In this document: piece by piece, positions 46,428 to 59,075 of the stretch | Position numbering within the stretch: position 1 is the stretch's first letter | Layout of the letters: each line of letters starts with the position of its first letter | NCBI GenBank assembly: GCA_013265495.1 | Contig: MU063886.1 | Span: 868,001-932,000, forward strand | Direction: 5' to 3' | Origin: Vicugna vicugna | Lineage: Eukaryota | DNA length: 64,000 nucleotides | Program-made: the position numbers and the translations under genes | The notes under the pieces: generated by a model | What the model saw: only the letters and a program-made list of their open reading frames with translations | What the model was told of the DNA's origin: nothing | Database searches by the model: none

Positions 46428-46759
46428 AAGCTTCAGGCTGTGCTTAGATAACTGAGTGGCTCTGAGGATTGCTCTCTCTCTTACAGCCTGTGAGTTGTTC
46501 CGGTGAAGACAGGTTAGTGCAACAGGAAAGGATTGTGGAGGGTAGGCTGGAAGACTGCTGCCTTTTATTATGAAATCTTCTGTTTGAATTTGTTTTCTTC
46601 ACCTGGGTACATGTGACATTGAGAAAGTCTCTGGGCAAATCACTTCAATTCTCAGTTTCTCTAAGTAAAGAAGAGAAGAATTCCTTCTCACTTACCTTCC
46701 CAGAAATATATGTGGAAATGCTAAAGATGTACTTAATGGGACAAATAGATTGTAGCCCA

Positions 46760-47510
46760 GAGCTGTCCGATAGAAATGCACTTGAAAACTTTCTAGTAAC
46801 CACCTAAAGAAAGTAAAATGAAACCGATGAAAGTAATTTTAATAGTTTATTTTATCTCACCCAATACATCTTATACCATGTCCAAACTCATTCTGCTCAC
46901 CACCTGACAGGCCAATAAATTGGGAGACAAGGTGTTGGGCAAAGAGTAATGACTTTTTTCAGAAAGACAGCTGATCAAGAAGACTAGGGGACTAATGTCC
47001 TAAAGGACCATCTTATCCAAGTCAGAATTCAGGTTCCTTTTATCCTAAAAACGGGGGGTGGGGGGGTGTTCTTGGTTGTTGCAAACTTCTTGGTTCTTGC
47101 AGCTGTCCACACAGGTCAGGTCATGATGTCCCTGTAAACCTCCAGCAGGACAAATGTCATTCTCAGTTCTGCAATTTTTTACCTCTATATGAATGGAAAA
47201 GTGTTATAGCCTTAAAGATCAGAGTCTTGAGATTGAGCTGTCTGTCTCTTTCAGGCTATAGGCAATGCTTTTTAACAAAATTTGTGGAACTAGCATGACT
47301 AAGCACTGGAAGCAGAGCAGAAGGTTAGAGCTAAAGGAACAGGTGTAATATGAAGTCAGATTTGTTCTTCCCTATTACACATCTAACATGCTATCATTTT
47401 AACATGTGATCAATATAATGGTATTGATGAGATAGTTTACTTTTTTCCATATTGTGTCTTTGGATCCAGAGTATGAATCTGATTTATAGGATGAGTGGCA
47501 CAGCTGCTGT
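46760..47510 (+). mobile_element. MER33 hAT MITE split by an LTR
   Basis: cagagctgtccgatagaaat...ctagtaaccacctaaagaaagtaaaatgaaacc...cccaatacatc[LTR]catctaacatgctatcattttaacatgtgatcaatata. Confidence 0.85.
46871..47379 (-). mobile_element. ERV1-class solo LTR nested in MER33
   Basis: About 510 bp, ends ...ttaca; TSD catc(t) at 46867-46871 / 47380-47384. The pattern caataaattgggagacaaggtgttgggcaaag...gacttttttcagaaag resembles reverse ERV1 LTRs. Confidence 0.75.
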
Positions 47511-47714
47511 GAACCAACCAGACTGTCATCACACTGGACAGCACAGCTCTAGCCAGTGTCCTGGCTTATGGCATTTCCAGGCCACCCTCGATAACCATTT
47601 ACTCCTCTGTGAGCCCTGGGATTTGCTCTACTCTTGAGCAGAAACAACCACAAGTAGAGATCAAATTCCTAATGGGGTGTGATTTCTGTTTCCCTGGTTC
47701 CTAAAGTGATCATA

Positions 47715-47975
47715 ACATTGTTATGAACAATACCTAATCCATATTGAATACTTACTGTGTTCTGGACACTGTGCTAAGGGCTTCGGCAGATTATTTCATT
47801 GATTTCTCACAACAAACCATTGAGAAAATTGTTTTATCACCATTTTAAAGATCAGTAAACTGAGGATAAGAGAAATTGCGCAATTTTCCCAAGGTCACAG
47901 AGCTTTTGAGTGGTAGAGCCAGGATTCATTCTCAGGCATGCCTGTCCAGACCCTGCTCAATTAACAGTAAGCAAT
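47715..47975 (-). mobile_element. MIR SINE, near full length
   Basis: gaatacttactgtgttctggacactgtgctaagg...gtaaactgagg...cccaaggtcacagagc...agagccaggattc. Confidence 0.9.
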
Positions 47976-48616
47976 ATTGCTCGTTTCTTGGACTGGTTTG
48001 GGGCTTTTCCCCTTACTGCTGTCATTGCCCACTCCTGAGCACTGACTGCCTCCTGCCTAAACTGAAGCTGCTGTTACTGAGGTAGGGGGTAGAGGGATCA
48101 TCCTCCCGGCTCTCTTTACCAGTCATGGATGGTACAGTGTTTAAACTGACCAGTCGTCTGGCACACCGAGCTCTCCTCCCCGACACAAACACAGAGGCTT
48201 ATACTTTCAGCTTTGCACTGACTTCTGAGAAAGAACATTGAGTTAATTCCGCCAGAGGAGAGCTATTGACAAATCTTACATCATTCTCCAAAGTAGCTCT
48301 TATTAAACAGTTCTTATTAATCTTGCTTCCAAGATGAAACAACACAATCCAGCATTCTTTTATGACAGGGCAAGTTCGTTGCCTTTCCAGGGCTTCTCAC
48401 ATTCCTCTGTGCGAGAGTAAGATAGGGCAGGATTTGCTTCCCCCTTATCTCAAGAAATATTAGTGGAAGTGGTTAGAGAAGTGGACAGTTCCAAACTCTT
48501 TTCTCCCCAAGAATCTCATTTCTTTTACAAAAAGATATAACTGCTTCAATGTGCTTATTGACTGTATTCTTTAGTCAAAAGACTTCCTTTTCCTCTACTC
48601 TAATTTTAAAAGTAAT

Positions 48617-49666
48617 TCTTTTTTTACATAATTTTTTTGAAGTATAGTCAGTTTACAATGTTGTGTCAATTTGTGGTATACAGCATAATGCTTCAGTCAT
48701 ACATGAACATACATATATTCATTTTCATCTTTTTCACCATAAGTTACTACAAGATATTGAATATAGTTTCCTGTGCTCTACAGTATGAACTTTGTTTATC
48801 TGTTTTATTTATCTAGTAGTTAGTATCTACAAATATTGAACTCCCAATTTATCCCTTTCCACTCCCCTGGTAACCATAAGTTAGTTTTGTATGACTGTGA
48901 GTCTGTTTCTATTTTGTAAATAAGTTCGTTCGTCCTTTTTTTTTTTTTAAGGTTACGCATGTAAGTGATATCATATGGTATTTTTCTCTCTCTTTCTGGC
49001 TTACTTCACTTAGAATGACAATCTCCAGGTCCATCCATGTTGCTCCAAATGGCATTATTATCTTTTTTATGGCTGAGTAGTAATCCATTGTATTACCACA
49101 GCTTCTTTACCCAGTCATCTGTCAGTGGACATTTAGGTTGTTTCCATGTCTTGGCTATTGTAAATTGTGCTCCTATGAACATTGGGATGAATGTATCTTT
49201 TTGAATTAAGGTTCCCTCTGGATATATGCCCAGGAGTGGGATTGCTGGATCATATGGTAGCTCTATTTTTTAGTCTTTTGAGAGGAATCTCCATACTGTC
49301 TTCCATAGTGGCTGCACCAATTTACGTTCTCTCCAACAGTGTAGGAATGTTCCCTTTTCTCCACACCTTCTCCAGTATTTATCATTTGTGGATTTTTTAA
49401 TGATGGCCATTCTGATCGGTGTGAGGTGATAACCTCATTGTAGTTTTGATAAATAGTGATATTGAGCATTTTTTCATGTGCCTATTGGCCATTTGAATGT
49501 CTTCATTGGAAAAATTGCTTGTTTAGGTCTTCTGCCCATTTTTGGATTGGGTTGTTTTTTTTTGCTTATTAAGTTTGTATGAGTTGTTTATATGTTCTGG
49601 AGGTTAAGCCCAACTTGTCAGTCTCATCTTTTGCAAAAATTTTCTCCCATTCCGTAGGATGTCTTT
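48617..49666 (-). mobile_element. 5'-truncated lineage-specific L1 (ORF2 C-terminus + 3'UTR)
   Basis: gaagtatagtcagtttacaatgttgtg...ggtccatccatgttgc...ccaggagtgggattgctggatcatatggtag. ORF 49263-49469 is a frameshifted ORF2 C-terminal segment. Confidence 0.93.
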
Positions 49667-49779
49667 TAATGTTTCATTTTCTACTTAAAATTTTTCTCCT
49701 CTTAAAGAACATTGAAATTTATGAATATACTCCTTTTATATGAGATTCCAACAATAAAGAATTACATAAAGAAATCCTT

Positions 49780-51720
49780 GAAAATTCCCTTTCATCCCTG
49801 TCCTTCCCTCAGTCTTCTCAGAAGTCATTTTTGCTAACAAAGACTATATTCTTTCAGTCCCTTTTCTGTGCTTACATATCCATATATGTATATGCATTAT
49901 GCCCTTAAAAAATTCAGTTGGGGTCTTACTACGCAATTTGTTCTCCAGTTTGCTTTGTTTATTTGAAAATTTGTCTTTGTGATTTTCCTATATCAATACC
50001 TTCTTTTTGACAGCTGCATAATATTTTATAGTAAAGATATATAGCATACTCTACTTCAAGACTCGCCTATTGGTGGACATTTAGTTGTTGTCTGTTTTAT
50101 GCTATTTCCAATGATTCTACAATAAGTTTTCTTGTACTTAGGGTTTATTTAACATGAATTTCTAGCTTATTTTCAGTTTTGATGGATACTAACAAATTGC
50201 CTTAAAAGGGGCTTCATCAATTCATAGTTCAATTAACAGTGTAGGGGAGAATCTGAATCCTTCAATGATCACCCTTATTTGATTTCATCAAATTAAAAAT
50301 GCTTGCCTATCTGACATAAATTCTTTTTTGTATACTTTAGAAAACTTTGATTGAGAATCTTCACTCTGAATTTGACTTCCAGAGCATGAAATAATGCAGC
50401 CAAGGTCCCTCAGTTTATACCATGGCTCTGCCACTTTTTGACTGCATGATATTGGGCAAGTTGTTTCACCTTTCTGGGGCTTAATTCTCCCCTCTGTGAA
50501 ATGTAACAGTAGTGATACCTAATGTGTAGGGTTGTTGGCAGGGTAAAATAGATTAATCCATGTAAAACACTTAAAGCAGCACTTGCATATTGTAAGGGTA
50601 TTAGATATTTGCCGTATTATACTATTACTATATTTTCTTGCATATAAGAAAACAGTTTTGCTAGGTTGTTTTCCACTTGGCCACTTTATTGAATTACTTT
50701 ATTAGTTATAATAATTTTAAATGGCTTCTTTTAGATTTTCTTCATTGATAATTGTGAAACTCAGCATCTGTCCTTTGCAACACGTAAAGCTTTCCTTTTT
50801 CTTGTCTTGTTGCGTTGGCTAATATTTCCAGTGGCAATGATAATAGAGATCCTGTTTTGTTCCTGATTAGTAAGACTGCCTCTAATATTTCACAATTATG
50901 TGGGATTTGGTGAAGCCCTTTTTAGAGAGTTGAGGACATTTCATTCTAATAAAAGAATATTAAAAATTTTTTTATGAGGAAAGATGTTGAATTTTATCAA
51001 ATGCTCTCTTTGGCATCTTTTGAGTTGATAATGTATTGTTTTGTCTTTTAATCAGCCTATATGGTAAATTATATTAGTGGTTTATCCAATAGTATATGAG
51101 ATCAACCATTTTGGCAATTTATTATTAAGCTGTCAGATTTGATAGGTTAATTTATTACTTAGAACTTTTATATCTATTGTATGTGAGGTTGGCCAACATT
51201 TTTTTCCAGGTACTATTTTTGCAGATTGAGTTGATAAATTTCCTATCCTTTATTATGCTATAGAATATGTTTAATGACACAAAGATTACCTGTTCTTTGA
51301 AGGCTTGGTAGAATTTGTGTATAAAACCCTTGGCCCAAAAGTTTTAGCAGTAATCTCTGATGACCTTGTCAGTTTCTTATATGGTTATTAGTGCGCTTAG
51401 GTTTTGTACTCAGTCGTGTATAATTTTTGTTTTCCTAAGAAAGCACTCATTTCATCTAGATTTTCAAATTTGTTGACATTAAATGGTACACAGCATTCTC
51501 ATAATTTAAACGCCTCCTCTATAGCTACCATCCTATCACTTTTCTTGCTTTCAGTATTGCTTACTTTTGTCTTTTCTTCTCTTAGTGAGACTTGCCAAAG
51601 ATTTATCTAGTTCATTAATCTTACAGAGTTGGTTTTACAAATCAGCTATAACTTTTTGTTGTTGTTGTCTGCTTTCTATATCATTAATTCCTGCTATTTT
51701 GTTCATCATTTTTTAAAAGG
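49780..51720 (-). mobile_element. Old L1ME, interrupted by MIR
   Basis: ggtggacatttagttgttgtc...gatgttgaattttatcaaatgctc...cactcatttcatctagattttcaaatttgttg. Confidence 0.75.
50400..50640 (+). mobile_element. MIR SINE
   Basis: ggctctgccacttttt...gggcaagttgtttcacc...ctctgtgaaatg...atccatgtaaaacacttaaagcagcac. Confidence 0.85.
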
Positions 51721-53129
51721 GGGAGTGAGTTAGTTAGAAAATGTAGACACAGTGGTAGAGCCTGTGCTGAGCATAATGAGGGCACAAAATAAGGGGACTG
51801 ATTGTGTAAATGAGGGTGGGGGAGAGTTGGGGCTTTGTGACTGAAAGACAGGCGAGTGGTGAGAAAAGGTGCCCAGGTACTCTTGTAAATGGTTTTTCAC
51901 ATTGGAATGTTTATGGAAAAATTTATATACACATAACCACAAAACTTGTTTCAGTGATAGCCTTTGAGGAAGGCAAGTGGGGCTTTTGGCATGGATCCCC
52001 TTTGCTGTTTGATTTCACTTTACTGTATACTCAGTGAAGAAGCCAAAAACTAAATAAAACTAAGATCATTCCATCGAACACAAAAAGTCCTAGAACTGGA
52101 AGGACTCTCAGAGATGAACTAGTTTCAGCTTCCTCCGTAATTTAAAGGTATTTTAAATGTTGAGAAGGAACTCTCAGAGGCACCCAAGGGCAGGTCTGAT
52201 ATCTCTATTAGAAGCCAGACTGCATGACTGCATAAAACCTGCCGTCTGGTCTGTTAATGTGGTCGCTGCAGCCAGCAGGTTAGCAGATCTGGATCCAGCC
52301 ACAGCAGTGACAGAGGAAGGGAATGAGAGGTTTCCTGTCTGAGGCAGGTCTTTGCTTTTGTTTCAGAACTCCTTATCTCTGTCAGCTGGGTCTGCCTCCT
52401 CTCACCCAACAGCTTGCCTGGCTCTGGTTTTTTGCTTCTGAATTGGCTCCAACCCCAGACAGTGTCCCTGTCTGCCCTGCCTTTGACCTGCAGCATCTCT
52501 TTACTTCCCAGGCACTGCACCTCTGTCCTCAAGTTCAGCCACTTTAGTGCTTCTCTCACCAGGGAACAAGAGGTCGCCATAAACGCAGGTCGTAAATAAC
52601 CACAAGATCAAAAAATGGGCATTGGAAGTTGGGCACAACTTGGAGGCATTAGCTAGCATTCGCTAAATGGATAGAGGCAATACATGAATATTTGTCTGAA
52701 CATTAATTGGAAGTGGAAGTAACTGGAGGTGGAGAAGCACATCTGTGTGAGGGGGAAGTGAGAGAGGGGCGGGACAGAGGGTTACGATTGGAAAAGGGAA
52801 GCCCGGAATTTAGGATTTCAGAGGGCAGAGCTAAGAAAAGGAGGGAGGAAACGAACACCCATTTATTGGGTTCCTTCTTTGCTCCAGGAACTCTTTAGAT
52901 AAGATCTCCAGTAACTCTCTCAACTCCCCCATTTTACGGCTGAGGACTCTGAAGCTCATGGGAGCTCAGTGTCTTGCCGGAGACCCCAGCTGGCACGTGG
53001 GGAGGCAGGGATTATAAGCAGATGGTAGAGATGGATGCGCCACCTACAGGTGAAACTGGAGGGAGAGAAGCCTGCGGCTTTCCTTCAGCCCCCCTGATTG
53101 GGGGGAACAGGGAGGGCTTGATGGGAGAA

Positions 53130-53885
53130 AGCAGAAGCCTCACTGCCTGTGATGTCGGTCACGCCGGGAGCCCACTGCACATCCCCTCCACTGGCAAGTC
53201 TTGTCAGCCCTACTCCCCAAATATTCTTGAGCGTCCACTCTCTCCAACTCTACCACTATCGTCTTAGCCTAATCTAGCATCCTAGAATGAACCGCCGTTG
53301 TCGTGACTTAGACCGACATACTAACCTCCTATGGCCTTTCTCCCATAGGTCAGATGGAGCAGTAGCCACAGTATGCTTGTCTGGTCACAGCATGCCATCC
53401 CTTAAAACTTTCCAGTAGCTTCCCAACACCCTCATGATGACATTCATTATCCTCAACATGAGCTGCAGGACACGGAATGATCTATCCCCTGGCCAGTCCC
53501 ACAGGCTCATCCTAAGCCACTTTCCCCTTTGCTTCTGATTGTACTCGCCTTTTCCTTGTTTCTCAGACTCAATAAGCTTCTTTTACTCTTAGGATTTTGA
53601 GTGTCTTCCTTTCTCCACTTAATATTTGTTTCTCTATTTTCCTCTCTGTCTGGCTCCATCTTTTCATCCTGTAGGTCTCAGAGTCAAGGCTCCACAGAGC
53701 CGTCCTTCTTACCTGGACTATGCAGACTGAGTCCAGGGTTGATGTCCCTAATATACCGCTAACTAGAGGAAAAATCTATTTAAACCCATGTCTATCACTA
53801 GGTTGAAAGCGCTGTGACTGTTTTATTGTTTTCCCAGCTTATAGCTGATGCTTATTTTGAATGAATGAATGAATGAATAAGTATG
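53130..53885 (+). mobile_element. L2 3' portion with (TGAA)n tail
   Basis: ccactggcaagtcttgtcagccctactcccc...cccttaaaactttccagtagcttccc...ttttgaatgaatgaatgaatgaat. Confidence 0.88.
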
Positions 53886-56054
53886 TGAAAAACTAAATGA
53901 ATGAAAAACACGTATCATTAAAGCAAATCCCAAGTGGGGTCTCGTATTATTTAGCAAAGCACACCTGTGAAGGGTGACAAACCCCCTTGCACAAACTCCT
54001 CCCCGTCACTCACTGTCACTGACATAATGACTTGTCTGGGCAGTTCATCCCACATACCACCCTGATGAGTGAGCTTCATCTGTGACCTTCCTCCCCTTTT
54101 GATCAAGATTGAACCAGACTTGCTGTCTTGGCTTTCTGCCTCATTTTCCCTTTCCAGTTTGTGCCTCTGCCCCTTTACTTTCTTTACTCCAACTTGGAAT
54201 TTTAGATGCTGCTGGCAGGCTGTCCCCTACTTCCTGTACACTGAATATCATGCTAGAGGGCTTTGCTTGGAAAAACAAAAAAGAAATGCAAGGAAATACG
54301 TGCAGGGTGAACAGAATCCCCCCGCTCTTTGGAATCCCCATAAAGCCGCTTCGGGTCGGTGTTCCTGTTCCTCCCTGGACGGCTCTGGTGCGCCACGAGC
54401 CACAGCCCCCCAACCATGTCACACAGCCAACAGTGATGCTGCCAGACTCAGCACGACGTGCCCGGCTCTGCTGGAGGGATCTGAGCTCGTTCCATCTGTG
54501 AGTCAATCTGGGCAGACCAGTCCTACTGAGAGGAGTTATAAATTGGGGATTGTGGACCTCTGCTGCTGAGAGGCACCAACAGTTTATAAGGGAGAAAAAT
54601 GGATAAACCCCTGGGTATCATTTTTTGTTTTCACTTTACTCTGGGGCCAGCTGTGAAAGGGAAATGACTGTAAACAGCCTGTTAGTAAAACTGCTTTAGT
54701 AATAAGACCATGAGGGAAAGACATGAGCAATTGTTAACATCAGCCAGGGCTTCCCACCTCGTGGTAAAAGACAAGAGCAGTGGAGCCAAGCCCCGAGGTG
54801 CACCTGTCTCACCAAAACCAAAACCAAGTAACACCCACAGCTCGTTGTGAGTGGAGATGGAGGCTAATGGTGCCTGAATGAGCCCACCTCTGGTCCTCCC
54901 TCGTTTTCTCCGGGGTGAGACCCGCTCTCCACCACTGTGCTCGCACTCTCCGTGTCTCAGTCTTTCTGTTGGACATTTATTACGGGCAAAGCATGCAGGG
55001 AGGTAAAAAGGTCCCCATAGCTGCACGAGATTAGGAAACACATGGCAGTGGCCTCCATGTGTCCACCCAGGTCCTCCGGGGGGATGGGAGAGAGGACGTT
55101 CACTCTATCCTGAGTTGTTAAGGGAAGAAAACGTGAAGGAGGCAGCTTCTGAACTCGATCTTGAAGTGAGGGAGGAAAGGAGGAGAAGAAAGGTGGTTCT
55201 ACACGAAAGGGGCAGCGGGAAGAGAGGCTTCACGGAGAAAACCGCTGATGGGGCGGGGAGTCATTCTAGGGTCAGCTTGCCCACAAGTACATCAGTATGT
55301 GAACGTAATTGTAAATCAAGTGTAAAGGTTTAAAAAATTCAAACGTGGGTGTTAGCTGGACTGTGAAGTCTCACTATGTTTTGGTTGGATTCCTTGGCGG
55401 ATGGGGCAGCCTTAGAGGAGATCTGTGGTCTCGGCATAGCAGCCTGCGTGACTCGGGGCTGGGGTGGGTGCTGGCTTCCCCCAGGGCAGCATCCCTTGGC
55501 CGTCCCTCCATCTAGGGTGGATAAAATACAGCTCCTCTTGCTGCCAGCACCCTCTGGCCTGGCTTCTCAGAAGGTGTTCCAAACCTGAGGCCCCAGGGGG
55601 ACCCTAGACCACTGGAGACCTCTGTGAGGCCAGCATGAACCTTGGTCTCTGCGGCTGCATTTCAGACCCAATACCTTGGGTCCCAGGGAGCCTGGCCTGA
55701 CCTTGTGGAGGGTTGTTTATTAGCTATTCTGCCAAAGTACCATTCATTGATTTAAATAAACAACTCGGATCTAACTCAGGGCTCTCCCCTGGCAGCCTTA
55801 AATCAAAGGAAGCTTCTGTTATACTTGATTCCTTTAACTTTGCAAAGTTGAATTAAAAGCAAGGGGCAGCCAAGACCAAACTGCTTCATGGCTCAGCTAC
55901 AGCCACATCACAAGTTGAGCTGAAAGCCAGCATTCGCACCCCAAGTCCCTGCCAGCACTCTGATTCTGCAAGCCCCTTCACTGCTAGAACTACAGAAGGG
56001 GCAGAAGAGGAGGCCCAGCGTCAACAAAGAACAGCCATTTCGAATGAATGTTTG

Positions 56055-56185
56055 AGGTCAGAGGTGGTAAGGACTGTGCCTGGGAGACCCGGGGTCTAGT
56101 CACTGCCTCGCGTGACACAGCTCCGTGATGCTGGGCAGTCACTTTACAGCTCTGCCCTTCAGTTTCTTCTCTCTGTAAAGTTTAG
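56055..56185 (+). mobile_element. MIR fragment
   Basis: gggagacccggggtctagtc...ctgggcagtcactttacagctctgcccttcagtttcttctctctgtaaag. Confidence 0.7.
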
Positions 56186-56589
56186 GGGCAGGGCAAGGTA
56201 ACCTTCATGTTCCTGTGAGTTCTGAAATTCCGTGGCTCTGTGGTTCGACTGACTACTGTGACACAGCTGGGAGTGGGAGGCCAGATGCCAGACGCCCGCA
56301 CAGGCACCTCCCGCGCGTGAGCGAGAAGGCACCGTCTAAGGAGTCCCGGGGAGAGACGGCACCACATAAGGTTTCCTTCCAACCAAAAGTCAGTTTATTA
56401 TGTAATGAGGGATGGACAGAAGGATGTCAGATTTGAAAGACGGTAAACGGACTGCATATATGTCTTAGGAGACTTGGAGGTGCAAGGGCCGGAGTGCAGT
56501 TCAGGGCATTTCTCAGCTTTTTGGCTTGTTGGTGCCAAAATAAGAAATATTAAAGAAGGGAAAGGTTTAGGTGATCAAGATAAGTAATT

Positions 56590-57870
56590 CATTTTGGAAC
56601 TATCGAAAACCTTTATCTTGATTTTAAGAGCTGGATAAAATCTTAAAGAACATTTAAAATCCTTATTAATTTAATAGTTAACACAGCGTGTATTCCTATT
56701 ATGAAAATAATGAGTGCAGAAGAATTAAAATATACAGAAAAGCACAAAGGAAAACCGGTTGCCCTTAGTTTCACCACACACAGATAATCACTGCAATTAA
56801 GTGGGAAAAAAGAATATAGATACATTTCCATTCTTACAGACACACACACATACATACATAATGTTTTCTCACTATTTTAAAACATTTTCCAGTGACATTA
56901 TAGTTTTTAATTATACATATTCGTTTCAAAATTTTCAGTGGTTTCCATCTTTTCCTGTACTAACAAGTACTGTGTGAATATTCTTATACCTAAATCCTTA
57001 GTCCAAGTATTTCAAAAATACAAATTATTAGAAGCAAAACTTCTGGGTAAAAATTGGTGAACATTTTTAAAGGTTTGATACATATTGCCAAAAGTTGAAC
57101 CAATTTTTCCCCCAGAAATACTACATAGAAACATGTTTCCCACATCCTTGTGGACATTGGGAAATCTATTTATTTTTTAATGATTATCAGTCAAAATTAC
57201 TATTAGATATTTGAGCAATATCATATTTTCAAATATATTTATTGACCATGTGTATTTCTTCTTTGGTAAATTGTTCATTTTTTTCTCTTTTTATTTTAAA
57301 TAACTGTTTATCTGTTATTTACATTTTAGAGCTTTTTATATATTATGAATTTAATTTTTTCCCTGCCATAAACATTGCATATTTTTTCTTAGTTTCATCT
57401 CGTTTGTTTATGGTGTGTTGTGACATATATGTATTTAAATGGTCACCTTGTAATGTGTATCTCTTTATTTATATTTTTGCTTTGTTATCAAGTATATATA
57501 AATATCATCCTTGTTGTAAATTATATAAAACTATTTTCCTGATTTTTTAAGTTGCTTTTTAAGTATTTTCACTTTTAATTCATTTAGACTTGATTTTCAT
57601 ATAGGGTGATAGTTGTTCCAGTGATAAGCTGCCACCTGGTGAATTACATCATGTAATTTTAAAAAGTGGACTTAAAATATCTCTTTTAACATATATTAAG
57701 TGTTTGGGTTAGTTACTGGTCCTCACTTTGCAATTGTTAATTTCACTTCTATATTTTATATTTCGCCTCCACTTGCAGGATTTTGTTTCGATAGAGTACT
57801 TCAAGCATTTATATTCCTTTACTTTCACATTTTTTTCTTTTTTTGTTGTATGGGCTAGAATTCATTTTCC
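56590..57870 (-). mobile_element. Old L1ME 3' region
   Basis: AT-rich; ctgtgtgaatattcttatacc...catatattgcc...gaccatgtgtatttcttctttggtaaattg. Confidence 0.75.
57629..57642 (-). promoter_or_regulatory. CTCF-core-like motif (best match in the window)
   Basis: Minus TCACCAGGTGGCAG, a GC-rich patch within AT-rich L1ME sequence. Confidence 0.4.
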
Positions 57871-58099
57871 TGAATACCTTTTCCTCTACTGACTTAGAAG
57901 GGATACCTTCTCTTTTGCTTGATTGTCATTGATAGTATAATTGTCAAAAACAAGAGCAAGATACTTGTGAGCCCTCTTTATGCAAAATGAAGAAATCAGC
58001 ACTCTTTGATGTCCTGCTCTGCTCTGCCACCTCCTAGGTTTGGGTTGGCAGGTGAGAGGATGGCAGTGGTCAAAGGGCTGACCTTCTCTATGCCTATGT

Positions 58100-58230
58100 T
58101 GCCCCGTCTCTGAGGTGGACATAGGATTAGTATCATAGGGTTATTGTGGAAATTCAGTGAGATAATGCATATAAAGTATTTGGAACAGTGTTTGGCACGT
58201 GTAAGTCTTCATTTGTAAGGATAAGTAAGA
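58100..58230 (+). mobile_element. MIR 3' part
   Basis: catagggttattgtggaaattcagtgagataatgcatataaagtatttggaacagtgtttggcacgtgtaag. Confidence 0.8.
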
Positions 58231-58248
58231 TCTAACATTCACCTTAGG

Positions 58249-58375
58249 AGGGAGGGTATAGCACAAGTGGTAGAGCACATGCTTGGCGTGCACGAGGTCC
58301 TGGGTTCAATCCTCAGTACCTCCTCCAAATACAAATAAATAAATAAACCTAACCCACCCCCATAAAAAAAAGAAA
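58249..58375 (+). mobile_element. Camelid Vic-1-type SINE, full length
   Basis: gggagggtatagcacaagtggtagagcacatgcttggcgtgcacgaggtcctgggttcaatcctcagtacctcc-(aaat)n-aaacctaacccaccccc + A tail. Confidence 0.92.
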
Positions 58376-58699
58376 AGAGTATTATATACCTTACGTTTTC
58401 AAATTATTGTCATTACTTTGCATCATGAAACTTCTTACTTAATACTTTTACAGTACTTGAACTGCCTTATATTTGGTATTATTTAAAGTTTCGTTTCTGC
58501 TCTAATAGTTTTAGTGCTTACTGTCACTTCTTTTATAAATACTTTCTTGCATGTGACCTCTTTATTTTGATTTGTCTACTAGTTGATTGAAAATTGCTTT
58601 GAGTACTTTTAGGTGATATACACATATTATAGTTATATTAAGTTTGAAAGAACCAGAAAAAAATAGTGACTTTTATAAGTTTGGAGTTCATTTTTTGTT

Positions 58700-59075
58700 T
58701 CGTGTGTAGAGCTAAGTAATCTAGAGCTGCTGTGAGCATTGTTTCACAAAGTCATCGGGAACTTCAGCTCCGCCTCTCTTGTCTTTGCCTTAGTTCCCAA
58801 GAAACGAAATGGCAGTTCCAGCTCCACCCATCATGTCTTCATTCCATCCTCCTTGAAAGAGCAAAGCCCAAAGAAGAGCATGTGCCCTTCCTTTAAGGAA
58901 ACATCGCAGAATCTGTATCTACCACGTTAGCTCTCGTCCCACTGGCCAGAATTTAATTACATGGTCACAACGCAAGGAAGGCTGTGAAGTATAATCTTCA
59001 CTACAGGCAGCTATGTGTTTGGCTAAATGTATTCTGAGAGAAGAGAATAAATATTGGGGTCTAGCTGTTTCTGCC
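58700..59075 (-). mobile_element. MLT1 (J/K-type) LTR fragment
   Basis: aaatggcagttccagctccacccatcatgtcttcattcc...cactggccagaatttaattacatggtcaca..gcaaggaaggctg. Confidence 0.75.

Noticed and set aside
46690-46720. Perfect minus-strand donor AAG|gtaagt with a possible 25-nt exon
   Set aside because: Mediocre acceptor, frame-shifting length, adjacent to MER33; isolated GTAAGT hexamers are expected many times per window.
44061-48264. Near-identical 16-mers ccaccagaggagagct (about 44061) and ccgccagaggagagct (about 48249)
   Set aside because: A rough count predicts many one-mismatch 16-mer pairs in 64 kb by chance, and the fit to the CTCF core is imperfect.
49191-49469. ORFs of 68-69 aa
   Set aside because: Lie inside the L1 copy; sense and antisense ORF2 debris.
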